A stretch of DNA of 63,822 bases, counting the filler, from Trichomonas gallinae (taxonomy: Eukaryota): NCBI GenBank assembly GCA_008369845.1. It is 8 parts of 8 records of this genome, joined end to end, with 100 filler letters (N's around TTAATTAATTAA, not from the genome) between each part and the next. Parts side by side here need not be neighbours in the genome. Positions count along the whole stretch, not along the records: positions 1 to 18,343 come from MRSU01001080.1; 7 more parts are not named here. The stretch is one strand, 5' to 3'. The position numbers were made by a program, and so were the translations under genes. Positions 1 through 11,500 of this stretch are shown here, piece after piece (the first letter of the stretch is position 1; every line of letters starts with the position of its first letter). The notes beneath the pieces are model-generated. The model saw only the letters and a program-made list of their open reading frames with translations, ran no database searches and was not told the DNA's origin.

Positions 1-154
1 AAACGTGTCAGGTTCGACGCTACAGTAGAGCCCAAGAAAACTCCACCGGGATTTTTTTGATGGGAATCTAGCATTTTAATAGTCACTATGTGCTCATTCT
101 ATATTATTAATTTACAGAATTTTTAGTTGTATTTTTCTGCCGGACAACCTTTAT
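1..154. mobile_element. Right part of a putative ~208-bp MITE (left part at 61269-61348)
   Basis: 1-26 matches 61323-61348 at 25/26 nt. 136-154 (tctgccggacaacctttat) is the reverse complement of 61269-61287 (ataaaggtagtccggcaga) at 18/19 nt, i.e. terminal inverted repeats. Confidence 0.7.
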
Positions 155-195
155 ACAAAATTCTATTGAATATGACAATCCTTCATGTAAAATTT

Positions 196-410
196 AATGT
201 CAACGCAAAGACAGTTTGAACATTACAGCTTTGATATATGCTTGAAGATATTGTCATCATGAAGTTGTCAGACTCCTCCTCACAGTTCCTGGAATAGATG
301 TCAACGCAAATGATTGTAACAATTGGACAGCTTTGATTTTAGCTTCAAGATATGGTCATCATGAAGTTCTCAAATTCCTTCTCACAGTTCCTGGAGTTTT
401 ACATGAATGA
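196..410 (+). pseudogene. Ankyrin-repeat gene remnant (two ~34-aa repeats)
   Basis: Reads NVNA/DSLNITALIYA*RYCHHEVVRLLLTVPGIDVNANDCNNWTALILASRYGHHEVLKFLLTVPGV, with a frameshift, an in-frame TGA and no start codon. Confidence 0.85.
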
Positions 411-491
411 ATTAGTATTTTAGGTATATTAAAATTGAATGATATATAATTGATGTTTTATATTATGCAATAAAAAAAATTGTATAAAAAA

Positions 492-1736
492 TTAATTATC
501 AGGGTTAAGATATTCTTCAATGCCTTCATGTTCAGGCTCAACAGCGCTGTAGTTTGGTCCATTGTCATCACCATAGTTTGCAACTGTCATTGTATACTTC
601 TTATTTCGGATGCGGATGATGATAACAATAGCGACAACAATGACGGCCAAGACGATAACAACACAGAGTCCGATGACTATGTAAGTTATTTTATGTTTTG
701 TTCCATTATCTTGATCATCGCCACCTGTTGGTGTTTGTGTGGGTGTCTGTGGCTCAGGAGGCTTGGATGTTGTTGGTTTCGGTGCAGAAGTCGGCAAATA
801 TGGTAATGCTTCTGATTCTCTCTTTTCTTCGTCGAAAAGAGGCGCAGTGAATGAAATAGGAGCTTCAAGGGTGTTGTGGTTTGTATATCCGCTGACAGAA
901 AGCGAATCTTGAATATAAGAATGATTTAATGCAATTACGACGCCTCCACTTGCAGCTTCTGCCTTGAATAGGATATTATTGACTGATGTACAGTTAGAAA
1001 CTGAAAGATAGTCAAAAACAAGAGTTGATGGATGAACAAGTATCATTGGGATTGAATTAGCGTAGCTATCCTTTGTATTATGCTGAATATTGATGAGGCA
1101 TAAGTTTTGCAATGTACCTTTGCAGTCTTTAATTTCGATAACAACAGATTTTTCGACTTCAACGCCGTCAATGAGGATATTCGAGATTTTATCGAATCCT
1201 GAATCGACATAGAAGGCACCACAGTAAGCAATTACGCTATTTGAGATGTTTAAATTTTCCAACACAATTTTTCCGTTGACTGAAGCAATTGGACGCTGAT
1301 TCTTGAAATAGTTATGTGGAGAGCATTGATCTATTGAGCAATATGATACAGTGTTCGTTGCATTATCAGAATTTGTGATAGCCATCAACCACTGGCCTTG
1401 ATGCGTGAAATCATTATCAGGGTCGTTTGAATATGTATAGCAGTAGTAACCTGTGCATTTCTCAACGTATAATCCGTTTTCTTTACCAAGTGGATTAATG
1501 AAAATTCCACCACCAGCCTTTCCAGATGAGCAACCATTGAACCTCGAGAGTGTTATGGCAAGACGGACAGAGTTTACAATGGAAATAGCACCACCTGCCG
1601 TATCCGAACCAGAATTAATCAATTCAAAATCGGAAGCTGCTACGTACATCTTTCCTCCTTCAGCTACAACCCTTGCTTTTGTGTAAGTATAGGGCTGAGA
1701 GAGGCCGGGAAAGTACTCAGAGAAGTTTTTCACCAT
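492..1736 (-). CDS. Type I membrane surface protein with Pmp-like (GGAI) beta-helix ectodomain
   Basis: GGAISI and GGGIFI motifs, Pro/Thr stalk, TM helix (ITYIVIGLCVVIVLAVIVVAIVIII) followed by RIRNKK, short acidic tail with Tyr motifs. Confidence 0.7.
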   Translation of the reverse strand: MVKNFSEYFPGLSQPYTYTKARVVAEGGKMYVAASDFELINSGSDTAGGAISIVNSVRLAITLSRFNGCSSGKAGGGIFINPLGKENGLYVEKCTGYYCYTYSNDPDNDFTHQGQWLMAITNSDNATNTVSYCSIDQCSPHNYFKNQRPIASVNGKIVLENLNISNSVIAYCGAFYVDSGFDKISNILIDGVEVEKSVVIEIKDCKGTLQNLCLINIQHNTKDSYANSIPMILVHPSTLVFDYLSVSNCTSVNNILFKAEAASGGVVIALNHSYIQDSLSVSGYTNHNTLEAPISFTAPLFDEEKRESEALPYLPTSAPKPTTSKPPEPQTPTQTPTGGDDQDNGTKHKITYIVIGLCVVIVLAVIVVAIVIIIRIRNKKYTMTVANYGDDNGPNYSAVEPEHEGIEEYLNPDN

Positions 1737-2532
1737 TTTTTTTTAAGCATTCAATTCCCGGTATGTAAATTTTCCAATTATGCTGCAAACTTTATATTTA
1801 TTGTTATTTTGATGTTTGGAACTATCAGAAAAGTGACACTTATCGGCAGTGTAAATTTACGATTATTTTCGACTCAAATTATAATTTTCATTATTTCGGG
1901 CTGATATTCTACCCATTACATTCACACATGTAATATGTTTTATCTTTATGATGTCTAAGACAATTATCGAAATGTTTTAAACATATTAATATATAGCTAT
2001 TTGATTAAACAATCCATTGCAAAGTGTTATCAAATAGATCCATGATCCCTCTGAAATATAGAATCCTGACGATATTCAATGGCTGCTGTATAAATTATGG
2101 AGTTTCAAATTTAAGGTTTATGGCAGGAATTCCTTCAATGATTTGACAAAATTAAGACGATATATATTGAGTTCCACATAATATGATTTTATATCTACAT
2201 TATTGAGTTATGTTTGCAATTCTTAACGGAAAGTTTACATGACAGATTTTTGTTATAGTCTAATCTGATCAGATGAAAACTTTCATCTAAATACTTTTTT
2301 GTATGTTTTTATGTTGCAATGCAGTATAAGGACGCAAAAACAATACATTTGTGCTCCTCTTGAAGAAAGTTTTGAAGGGTTTCTATTGTTGTTTTTGTGG
2401 AAGAATATCAATTATGATCTTGGATTCTTTTTAGACAAATAAACACTTTTGTCAAATCTTATTTCTCGAAAAAAAATCAAAATATAAATTTACCATATAA
2501 ACTCAGGATCAATATATAATAATAAATCCAAG

Positions 2533-4959
2533 TTAGAGGTAGTGAAGATGGCCTTCAATGCGAGATGCTGGAGCGTTACCGCTAAGATTTGACCTGGTGA
2601 ACTCTGCGAGTCTTCCGGCGAGCATCAAGACTGCTGGAGTTCTGATTGGTCCAGGCCAGTTCGGGTAGACCATGGTTGAATAATGTGTGAGTTTGACGAG
2701 GAGCTCGTTGTCCCATTCCTCGAGTGGTGTCTGGTGGATGACAGTGTATCTTGTAGGCCTTGCCATGCCTTGGTTAGCGTAGTGAGAAATCAAATAGAAC
2801 TCGCCGACGTGTGCAACAGAGACGCCCTCAGTAACGACTGTACCTGAGCTGCAGTTCTCTGCCTTTCCATTCTTTTCTAACATGACGGAGATGTTGCCGT
2901 GCTTCTGACAAATAACAACTGCTAAATGTGTCGTTGGCGGGATGATGTCCTGAATGATTTTACACTCATGCTCCTTGATCTGTGGCATCAAGCCGTATGA
3001 AACGCCTTCTCTGTAGACGATGATTCTAACTGGGTCTTCGCCTGTCGTCTGCTTATATCCCTCGAGTGCATTCGCGAAGAATTCTTTGAGGAATTCCTCA
3101 TCGAGAGTCTTATTGTCGTCGACGACTTTTGACTTCGAATAGTGCCTAGATAAATCGAAATCTATCGTTGCTACTCCAGCGCCCATTGTCGTCGATCCTC
3201 TTCCCTTGCCTGACTGAATGGAGAGGCCAACGAGCATTGTACCCTTAGCGCGTGGTGTAAGAGACTTCCTAGAGATTCTCACCAAAGCAGCATCGAGCTT
3301 GGATGCGATCTGGACGGCGATGTTTGTGGCGACTGACATAATGTTCTTTTGGGCAGTCTTTGCGACTACGACCTGCGATGGAATGCCGAGATTAACCGTC
3401 AGAAGTGACTTAATCTCATCGTAGCGCTGCTTCTTGTCGTTGTGGAGGAGGCAGATAACGAAAGATGGCGGAGAGCTAGGATCATCGACGATCTCTTGGA
3501 CAATTCTATTTGTGTAGAATTCTGTCTCGTCGCCCTTAACAAGGCATTCCTTGATTTCAGGAAGTCTGAAGTTTAAGTTAGCTGAAACTCTTTTAAGGGC
3601 ATCGCAAAGTTCCATTGCGGCATTCGAAACAGACTGAGAAGCAATGAAAATGATCCTGTTCTCAATATTGACTGTGCGGGCAAATTTCATGTTTTTGAGA
3701 AAGCTCTGGTATGATGGTCTCGCTGGGTCAATCTTATATTCGCGGTTTCCATCAACGAGGACTGGCGGTGTGATTGAGTAGCCTGTTAATGTCTTCGATG
3801 AGTTGACGGTGAATCCCCAGCGATCAAGGAATGCCTTAGAGGCTTCATCCTCCTGAATTCTTTTAACAAATTCAGATAAGCGATGTAATTTCTCATTTGC
3901 TGTGGCTCTTGTGACTTTGGCAATTTCCCTCTTGAGGGTCATGTTGCTGAATTCTGAATCTGTGAGGCCAGTTAATTTCAAGATAGATAATGGATAGAAA
4001 ATGCGTTCCTGGGCGCCCTTCCTTGTTTGAATAACTTCAGCGAGCTTATCATCATCTGGGAGGTTGATATTGTAGACCTGCATGTAGTAGTCTTTGTATG
4101 TGCAGGGGCGCTCTTCTCCAGTTTTGCGGTCTTTGCGTGGGAATGTATCTGTAACAACGTTTGACTTGAAAACAATGGAATGGACTTTGATAGACTTTGG
4201 CTTCTTCGTGTGCGTGGTTGTGATTTCGAGAGATTTCAAACTTTGATCGAAATTGTTCCATACGTTAGGATTTTGAGCACCAAATTTCTTGTAGTAATCA
4301 TATAAAGTGCCACTGCGCTCAATTCTCGTTGCTGTTTCAAGAACATATGAAAGTCCGTGATCGAGGAATGTGATTGATGGTCTATAGCCCTGGAAAATAT
4401 TGAAGTCATTAACTTTCTGTGGTCTAGACATATCAATCCACTTGCGTGCTGCGCTATCTAAATTAAATGCGCGATAAACTCCTTGGAAAGCAATGTTGAA
4501 TATGTGAAGAAGCTGCTCAGCATTACTTGGCTCGATTGTAGCAACTTTCTTGACAGTAACAACAACAACTTTTTCGGGATTTTCTTGTGACATCTGTACA
4601 TTGTAAGTATTTTCAAATCCTTCTTCCGTTGTATACATGGAATGCTGACCATCATAAATTACTCTCTGCCAGACTTGATTAAGGCCCATTGGTCCACCTT
4701 CTGGGCAAATTGCTTTGTAGACGATGTGGCGGAGTAGTTTGGGGTTGAGAATTTCTGGTTCGAACTGAACATCATATTGGAATATTGATTTTGATTGTGA
4801 GAGTGTCAGATCGAATGTATTTGTCAAAATGCTAATCGGGTTGCTATTCGTGAATTTAATTGAGGATGGGAATGTATTTGCGTCGCCAAGTTTAGCGGCA
4901 AGAACAACGGCCGAATCAGCCACGTTTTGCTCTGCTCTTTTTGCAGATCTCGATCGCAT
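2533..4959 (-). CDS. Argonaute/PIWI-family protein (N-PAZ-MID-PIWI), probably slicer-inactive
   Basis: N-domain FQYDVQFEP; PAZ TYKDYY...LKLTGL; MID RYDEIK...GIPSQVV...NIAVQIASKL; PIWI RIIVYREGVS, EFYLISH...QGMARPTRYTV, YPNWPGPIRTPA; C-terminus LHYL. Confidence 0.96.
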   Translation of the reverse strand: MRSRSAKRAEQNVADSAVVLAAKLGDANTFPSSIKFTNSNPISILTNTFDLTLSQSKSIFQYDVQFEPEILNPKLLRHIVYKAICPEGGPMGLNQVWQRVIYDGQHSMYTTEEGFENTYNVQMSQENPEKVVVVTVKKVATIEPSNAEQLLHIFNIAFQGVYRAFNLDSAARKWIDMSRPQKVNDFNIFQGYRPSITFLDHGLSYVLETATRIERSGTLYDYYKKFGAQNPNVWNNFDQSLKSLEITTTHTKKPKSIKVHSIVFKSNVVTDTFPRKDRKTGEERPCTYKDYYMQVYNINLPDDDKLAEVIQTRKGAQERIFYPLSILKLTGLTDSEFSNMTLKREIAKVTRATANEKLHRLSEFVKRIQEDEASKAFLDRWGFTVNSSKTLTGYSITPPVLVDGNREYKIDPARPSYQSFLKNMKFARTVNIENRIIFIASQSVSNAAMELCDALKRVSANLNFRLPEIKECLVKGDETEFYTNRIVQEIVDDPSSPPSFVICLLHNDKKQRYDEIKSLLTVNLGIPSQVVVAKTAQKNIMSVATNIAVQIASKLDAALVRISRKSLTPRAKGTMLVGLSIQSGKGRGSTTMGAGVATIDFDLSRHYSKSKVVDDNKTLDEEFLKEFFANALEGYKQTTGEDPVRIIVYREGVSYGLMPQIKEHECKIIQDIIPPTTHLAVVICQKHGNISVMLEKNGKAENCSSGTVVTEGVSVAHVGEFYLISHYANQGMARPTRYTVIHQTPLEEWDNELLVKLTHYSTMVYPNWPGPIRTPAVLMLAGRLAEFTRSNLSGNAPASRIEGHLHYL

Positions 4960-4985
4960 TTAATATTTCACTTTTCCGGTTTTGT

Positions 4986-4993
4986 AAAGTGAC
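4986..4993. promoter_or_regulatory. AAAGTGAC/GTCACTTT core-promoter motif (Inr/M2-like) upstream of the PIWI gene
   Basis: Lies ~27 nt upstream of the ATG. The same octamer recurs upstream of other genes (~1830, ~25330, 38196, ~38402, ~60971). Confidence 0.5.
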
Positions 4994-5540
4994 GAAGTCA
5001 AATTTACATGGCATATTTTTTGGCAAAAATATTTGACACATCCTACTTTTTACGTGTCATCTTTTTTCATCTGACATCATTTATATGATCAACTTCGATT
5101 CAGATCTCAAAATTTTGACATCGAATCAACTAAAACTGCTAGCTGTAACACCCTTAAGAATGTCCAGTGCTGAAGGCGCAGTATTATGATATCTTGTTTC
5201 TTTTTATAATCATATAATCATATAATAAGAATATTAATGGTTGGGCCAGTGGATGGCGGTGAATAACTTTTGGTAGCAGTCCTAAAATAAAAAACTTATA
5301 TTGGAATACTGTTTTATACCCCAAAAATTGTCATTTCATGGCCTTTATTTCCAATGTTAAGCATCATCAATACTTCTAATGGTCAAAGAGTTGTACTTTT
5401 GGAATATATCTTTGCACACAAGCTCATAACTATCAATGATATAATAATAGTATAGCATAATATTTGATTCTGCGTTGAAAGATAGAAATAAATTTTAAAA
5501 TTTCAAACAATAATAATATCAAATATAACAAAAAATAATA

Positions 5541-8500
5541 TTACCAATAAGGTGCCCAACCGTGATACATCTGTGCTAGATTGTATGGGTCAGTCGCAGT
5601 AGCGATAAGTTTCGCGACGTGATCATCGACTTGCGGATTTGTGTCGCCGAACTCTCTGAAATTGAGTTTGTCTTCCAATCTATTGATCGCCTTCTTTAGT
5701 GCAGCATTCTTCATTTCAATAGGATCTTCAAACTCGTAAACATCATCTTGGTACCACATCATGTCTATTATGTTTTCTTTAGTGAAGATGTCCAAGAAAG
5801 CTAAAATTGTTGCCTGATTTCTTTTAAGAGTGTTCATTACATTACTTGCTGTAATACTGAAAACACCATAAACGCCGCTTGGTCCTAGTGCATCTATTGT
5901 CATCCTTGTCAACCTGAATGGAACAACTTCACGAGCTGTTCTCCTCAATGCTGCCTTCTCGAAGCACTCGGACAGATCTATGTGAACAACGTTGCCTCTC
6001 CTCTCCATAACCAAAATATTCGATGGATGCCTGTCGCCGAGTCCTATAACATAACCGACGAAAGACATAAGCGATGTAGATCTTGCGAAATTCGTTGCTT
6101 GTATCAGCCATGACTCAGCGCATGAAGATTTCAGCCACAAAACTTGCCTCAGTTGATCAGCTGGAGAAATATCAACTAAATACTGATATAACTCTAGTTT
6201 CTGGATTCTAGTTAAACTCATTGATCCTTCTTTTCCTTTATGCAAGAAACTGTTGTAAGCATTTGTTTCAGAATCTTGTGGGAATGATCTTAGTTTCCTG
6301 TAGAGTTTGATTAAGCTGTATAATGTTTTTCCTCCATCGGCCCAAGATATCATTCCTGCAGATCTCGATAATGGTGTGATTCCGTATAACTGTATAAAGC
6401 TGTGCATCTGTTCGCCGAATCTGTCTTCAAGTAGAATTGAGTTAATCAATGAGAAAAGCTGCATAACATGTAGATCGAGTCTCAAATCTTCACCACCTTT
6501 TAATAAGTATTTGTATGTGTTTCCATCACTGCCGACAATTGTCATCTTCCTCGGTCTTTGGGCTGACGGGATCGTCTTCATTATGTGGTTGACGTGCGAG
6601 ATCATAACAGGCGGCTTGCTGATGCAGTTCAATCCTGGAATCGCGACTTGGAATGATTTCTGTTTGGAGAGTTTTATGTTGAATTCGTCGACGTCAATTG
6701 TTGATAATTTCTCTATAGCAGCATTTAATCTTCCGATTAAAGTTTTGAAAGCTGAAAGTGCTGTACTGTCTGTAGCGAAATTATCGCATTTCTTGTTGAA
6801 ATCGTTGAGGTTGTTAATATATTTACGGCATTCACTGTCTAATGAATACTTTGTGACCTCAGGGATCAATTTAACAGCTGCAACCATATCACCTGAATTC
6901 GCAAGCGAGCAAATCTTTTGTAAGATGCAATTAAAATGCTCAATCGGCAAAACGGCGACATAAATAAGTGAATCAGTGAAACTGTGCAAATCATTTGACA
7001 AAGCAACATTCTTTGTCTCAATTTTGTCGATCAAACTGATGCATTCTTTCGTTGGATCCAATTTGCGGATCAGAGAAAGACTGAAAGCTAGTGCATGATA
7101 ATTAGTGTCAGCGAGTTTCTCTATTATCTTGAAGGCGACGTTTCTGCACGCTTCGCATGAGTGTGAGAATTGTGTCAGTAGCTGTGGCATGATTTTGTCG
7201 ACGCTTTCCGGCGGCAAATTCTTCAGTCTTTCAGCAGCCAGATCGAAATCAGGGAGCTTTTGAGCATTGTTGAAGAAAATCGAACAAAGTTGACACAGAT
7301 AATGCATCGCACCGCTTTTTAGATCTATTAACGAAATAAAGCCTTTCATCGCGTTATTTGCATATATGTGCGCGTCCTTTTCGACTATTCCAGCTAAGCT
7401 GAGATTTGTGTATGCGAAGAATTTCCACGCTTTGATATTTGTTGGCTCATGCTTTATCACATCATTTAACATTTCCAAGAGCATTGACAATTCTTTCGTT
7501 CTACTCGCTAGCGTGCAAACTGCATTGCAGTATACATCTATTGGTCCATTAACTTTCAAGTCGTTTATCAATGATTTGAATTCAGAAGTATCATTACATA
7601 TTCCTCTGTCAAATTTAACCGTCGCATTCAACAATCTAACTCTCGGTTCAACTTCTGTTAGATACAATTTAGAAAGCTTGTCGAATAGTTCCCATTCACC
7701 CTGCATTCGGAGTGAATTAAAGAAAAACAGTCTCATTCCGAGTTTTTCTTCTTCACTGCAGTTATACAAAACTCTCGCTCTTGTTATCATTCTTAACCAT
7801 GTTGGATCTCTTGCCAAATAATCGAGTTTATGGGACCACAACTCTAAAACATTTTTGTCTGTTCCGCATATATATGAATCTACTACGTCTTTTAGTTCTT
7901 CGAATATCATTGAATAGCAAATTGTTGGAATTGTCGGCTCATAATTTCCTGACTCGAAAATGTCTTCGTTTCTGACTAGGCTATTTCTACCCCTTGATAT
8001 CCAGTTATCTGCCTCATCAAAGTTCTTGCATTTTATAGCTGCAATAGCACGCCAGTAGCAATAGTTAGGATCATCTTCAATGACACTTTCAAAGAATGGT
8101 TTTTCGTCTTTTCCAGTAGATATTGCAGCTGCTCCGAAAACTGTGCCCAATTCTGTCTTGAGCTGTTTCGAGTAGAACTGGAATTCATTGAATCTGTCTA
8201 CGATAACAGACCAGTCGTCCATGTGTACACTGCATTTTAACAAGCCAATTAGGTATTGATCATTTTTGTCGTTTTCTTCATATCTCAGTCTATAGATATC
8301 TCGAGCTTTCGACCACATGTTTAGATTTTCGAGTAATTCGCAGTTCGTGCATTCTTGAGGTAACATCATCTGTAATCCTAATGCGCATTCTTTTCTCTTC
8401 AGCTGTGTTTCAATTCGCAAACAATTCAAGAATAATTTGTCACTTTTTGGAGTTGTAGCGTAGAACCTTAATGCTCTGAACCAAGAATTGCATCTTTCTG

Positions 8501-11500
8501 AGATTTGTCCTGCAAGCATCGGCTCGTTGGGGAACAAAACGAAATTAGCCCTGTCCAATGATTCACATGTTGATGAAACTAAGTGTAAAATCATTTGCGG
8601 AACATTTTGAGATATAATTGATCTGATGTAATTCGATAATTTAGTCCTTTCTTCGATGTTTTGTGTTGTTTCCCAGACACTTAGGAAAATTAATGGAAAA
8701 ATATTCAAATGCAGAGTTGTCGATGACATTAAAAGCGGTAAACAGGCTCTAATGGCAGGAGACCGGCTGCACAACGCGAGCTCTTGCGAGAAATTCAACG
8801 CCCAAGCTGTCCAGTTGCCTTCGCTTGATCTGAATCTTCCCTGTTCGATTGTAACCATAACTGACTTAGGATCGAACTGCATCTTAGGGCGCTGATAGAA
8901 TGGATCAGGTGTGGTTTGCAATTGCTTTGCAAATGGAGACTTTTCGAGATCAATATGAGCCTTTTTCTCGACTTTCTTGATTAAATCATCTAAAACCGGG
9001 TTAATACTTGTTAATTTAACCGGCATTCTCATTATAGTGTCTGGATATTTGGCAATTAAAACATATAATAATTGAATCGTATTTTGTGATGTTTGCTGGC
9101 CATTGATTTGTGTCAAAGCAAGTTTTAATGATTGTAAAACTAGTTGCTTTAATCCACCGGAAGCAATTGCTTGAGATAAGAAGAGTAATGCGTATTGTGA
9201 TGTAGAATCTTTGTTTTCAACAGCTGATGATATATAAGTGAAGAATTCTTGTGTGCAGCCGTCCGAATATATCGTCAAAAGAGTTAAAGTCAGCAAAAAT
9301 GAAGATCTGATATCTGATGATGTGATATTCTTTGAATTTAAGACGCTTATAACTGTTTTGAACGTCTGCAAACCGAATTGGCCGAATTCTGCCTTCAAAG
9401 AATAAATTAAAGCATTAACTGTTCTTACAGCTCCAATAGATCTGCCGTTTGGCAGGAAATTCTGGACAATCTGCATGATGCTTTTCGCGTGCGGAAGAAT
9501 TGCAACGTCAACAAGCAAAATTATTGATCTTAAGAATGAAAACAATGATTCGTGAATGGAATTAGGCTCATTGAACAAGTTAACGAATATTTTGATGATG
9601 ACATCAAGATATATCAAGCAGTTTTGTGCATCAGACTGGAAGATATAAACAATTGCGTTGATTAAAGTAGTTGGCTCATGATTTCTTGACTTCGATTGCA
9701 ATTGATCAACAATGTAACCCATTACAAAGTCCAAATAACACTTTTCACGCTTCGATGGATCAGATAATGTTGATGAATCAATTATTGTCTGTTTCTGTTC
9801 AACAGAATGGAACCAGAATGGATCCAATGGGCCAATTGTACCGAATAAAGTAATAAAAGCTTCAATAACTGAAGGATTATGATTGTTTTGGATGAATGAT
9901 AATAATTTGTTGATTAATTCAAGACCATTGATATCTGTGTCATGCAAAACATTAACACATCTGAAAATGCATCTCAAAGTGTTCAAAACTTCAATGTGGA
10001 AAGTCGGATGCGAAGATATATAGAGTTGATTAATAATTAAAGTTGTTAGATTCGCAACTTTGCCGATAACTTCATTTAATGATGTTCCTATGGCCTGTAC
10101 AACATGAAGGCACGAAATTCGAATCAATCTGTCGCATTTTTCGTCGTGTCTCTGATTAATTCTTTCTTCGAATGTTTGATGAAGCGGCGGACGTTTTTGG
10201 AACAAAAGGCTGATGAAGTCGATGATTTTGTTGTACAGTGGTAGCGAAAACTCTCCTGAATTTCGAATTAAAGCCGGAAGTCTGATTATTAGTTTCTTTC
10301 TTTCATTTATCAGGTCTGTGTGGAAGAAAACGACATCCATATTTGAAATTATTGTCCAAAACGTGCTCAGAGTGTTCACAGGGAACTTTTTCTTAATTCT
10401 TCCGATTAATTCGATTGCAAGAATTGCTACGCGTGTGCTGTCATCATCAATGTACTGCTCTACAAGAGAAACAAGCGAAGAATCACAAAAAGTGTCTAAT
10501 AAACATTCAGGAAATTCTTTTATGATAATTGCTCGAACTTCTTTAACGGGATCATTCTGTCCATTATACAAAATATTGATCGTTGTCTCGTGTCTGTGTT
10601 CTTCGTTGAGAATGCACATAGAATAGAGCGTTCTTACTGCTTTAATTCGATATTCGACATTTTGATTTGTTAAATACTGGCTGCAAAAGTCCCAGTAGTC
10701 TTTGCACGAGAACTGTGGCAAAATACAAAATAGTCTGATGGCTTCTAAAGCGATTAATATTTGGTTTTGATTTTTTTCGAAAATATTTTTGATTAAAGGA
10801 TGAAGAATTGCTAAAAACTTAAAAGTATATTGTGGAAAACACACAAGAAAATGATGCATTGCCTCTAAAACTGAAATAGAAAGTGTTGATATTTGAAAAG
10901 TGCTAAATATCTTCTGATGATCGACTTTTTTGTACTGCGCTGATAAAATACTTTTGACTAAATCGAAGAATCTTGAATTTGATCGTGGTAAAACTGTCAC
11001 TGCAGCCTCAAAAGCGAAATCGCAAAATTCTTCTGGGAAAACAGTGACAATTCGACAGAGGCAGTTGCAAACATTTTCATCAGTGAAGTCAATTGTCGGG
11101 TTTTTAAGTATTGAAGTAATTTCGCTGATAAATTTTTTCGATCCTTCCTTGTAATTTTCGCAAAATAAAGCAATGAAATCAATAAACAAAGGGTCAAAGT
11201 TGCGAACTAAGTAACTCAAAAACGAAGAAAAGAAGTCTGGAAATCGTTGTAACGTTATTCTGCGATAATTTTTCATCAAAGCTGCCAAAAGAAGAAGGTA
11301 ACCATGTACATGGGCCTTGGTGGATCCGCCGTTGGTTCTAGATTCAAATACAACAATCGAATCTAAAATAAATTGTTTCGCGGCTTCATCAACTGACGGA
11401 TTTCTCGCAAGGCTCATCATGCAGAGCTCGACTGCAGTATTTTGCGCTTCAGCGTTATCGAATTTAAAAGCTGCATTTACGACACTTGTTAAGATTGAGT

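Noticed and set aside
6..30. GGTTCGA resembling a tRNA T-loop
   Set aside because: No paired T-stem or cloverleaf around it; it lies inside the putative MITE.
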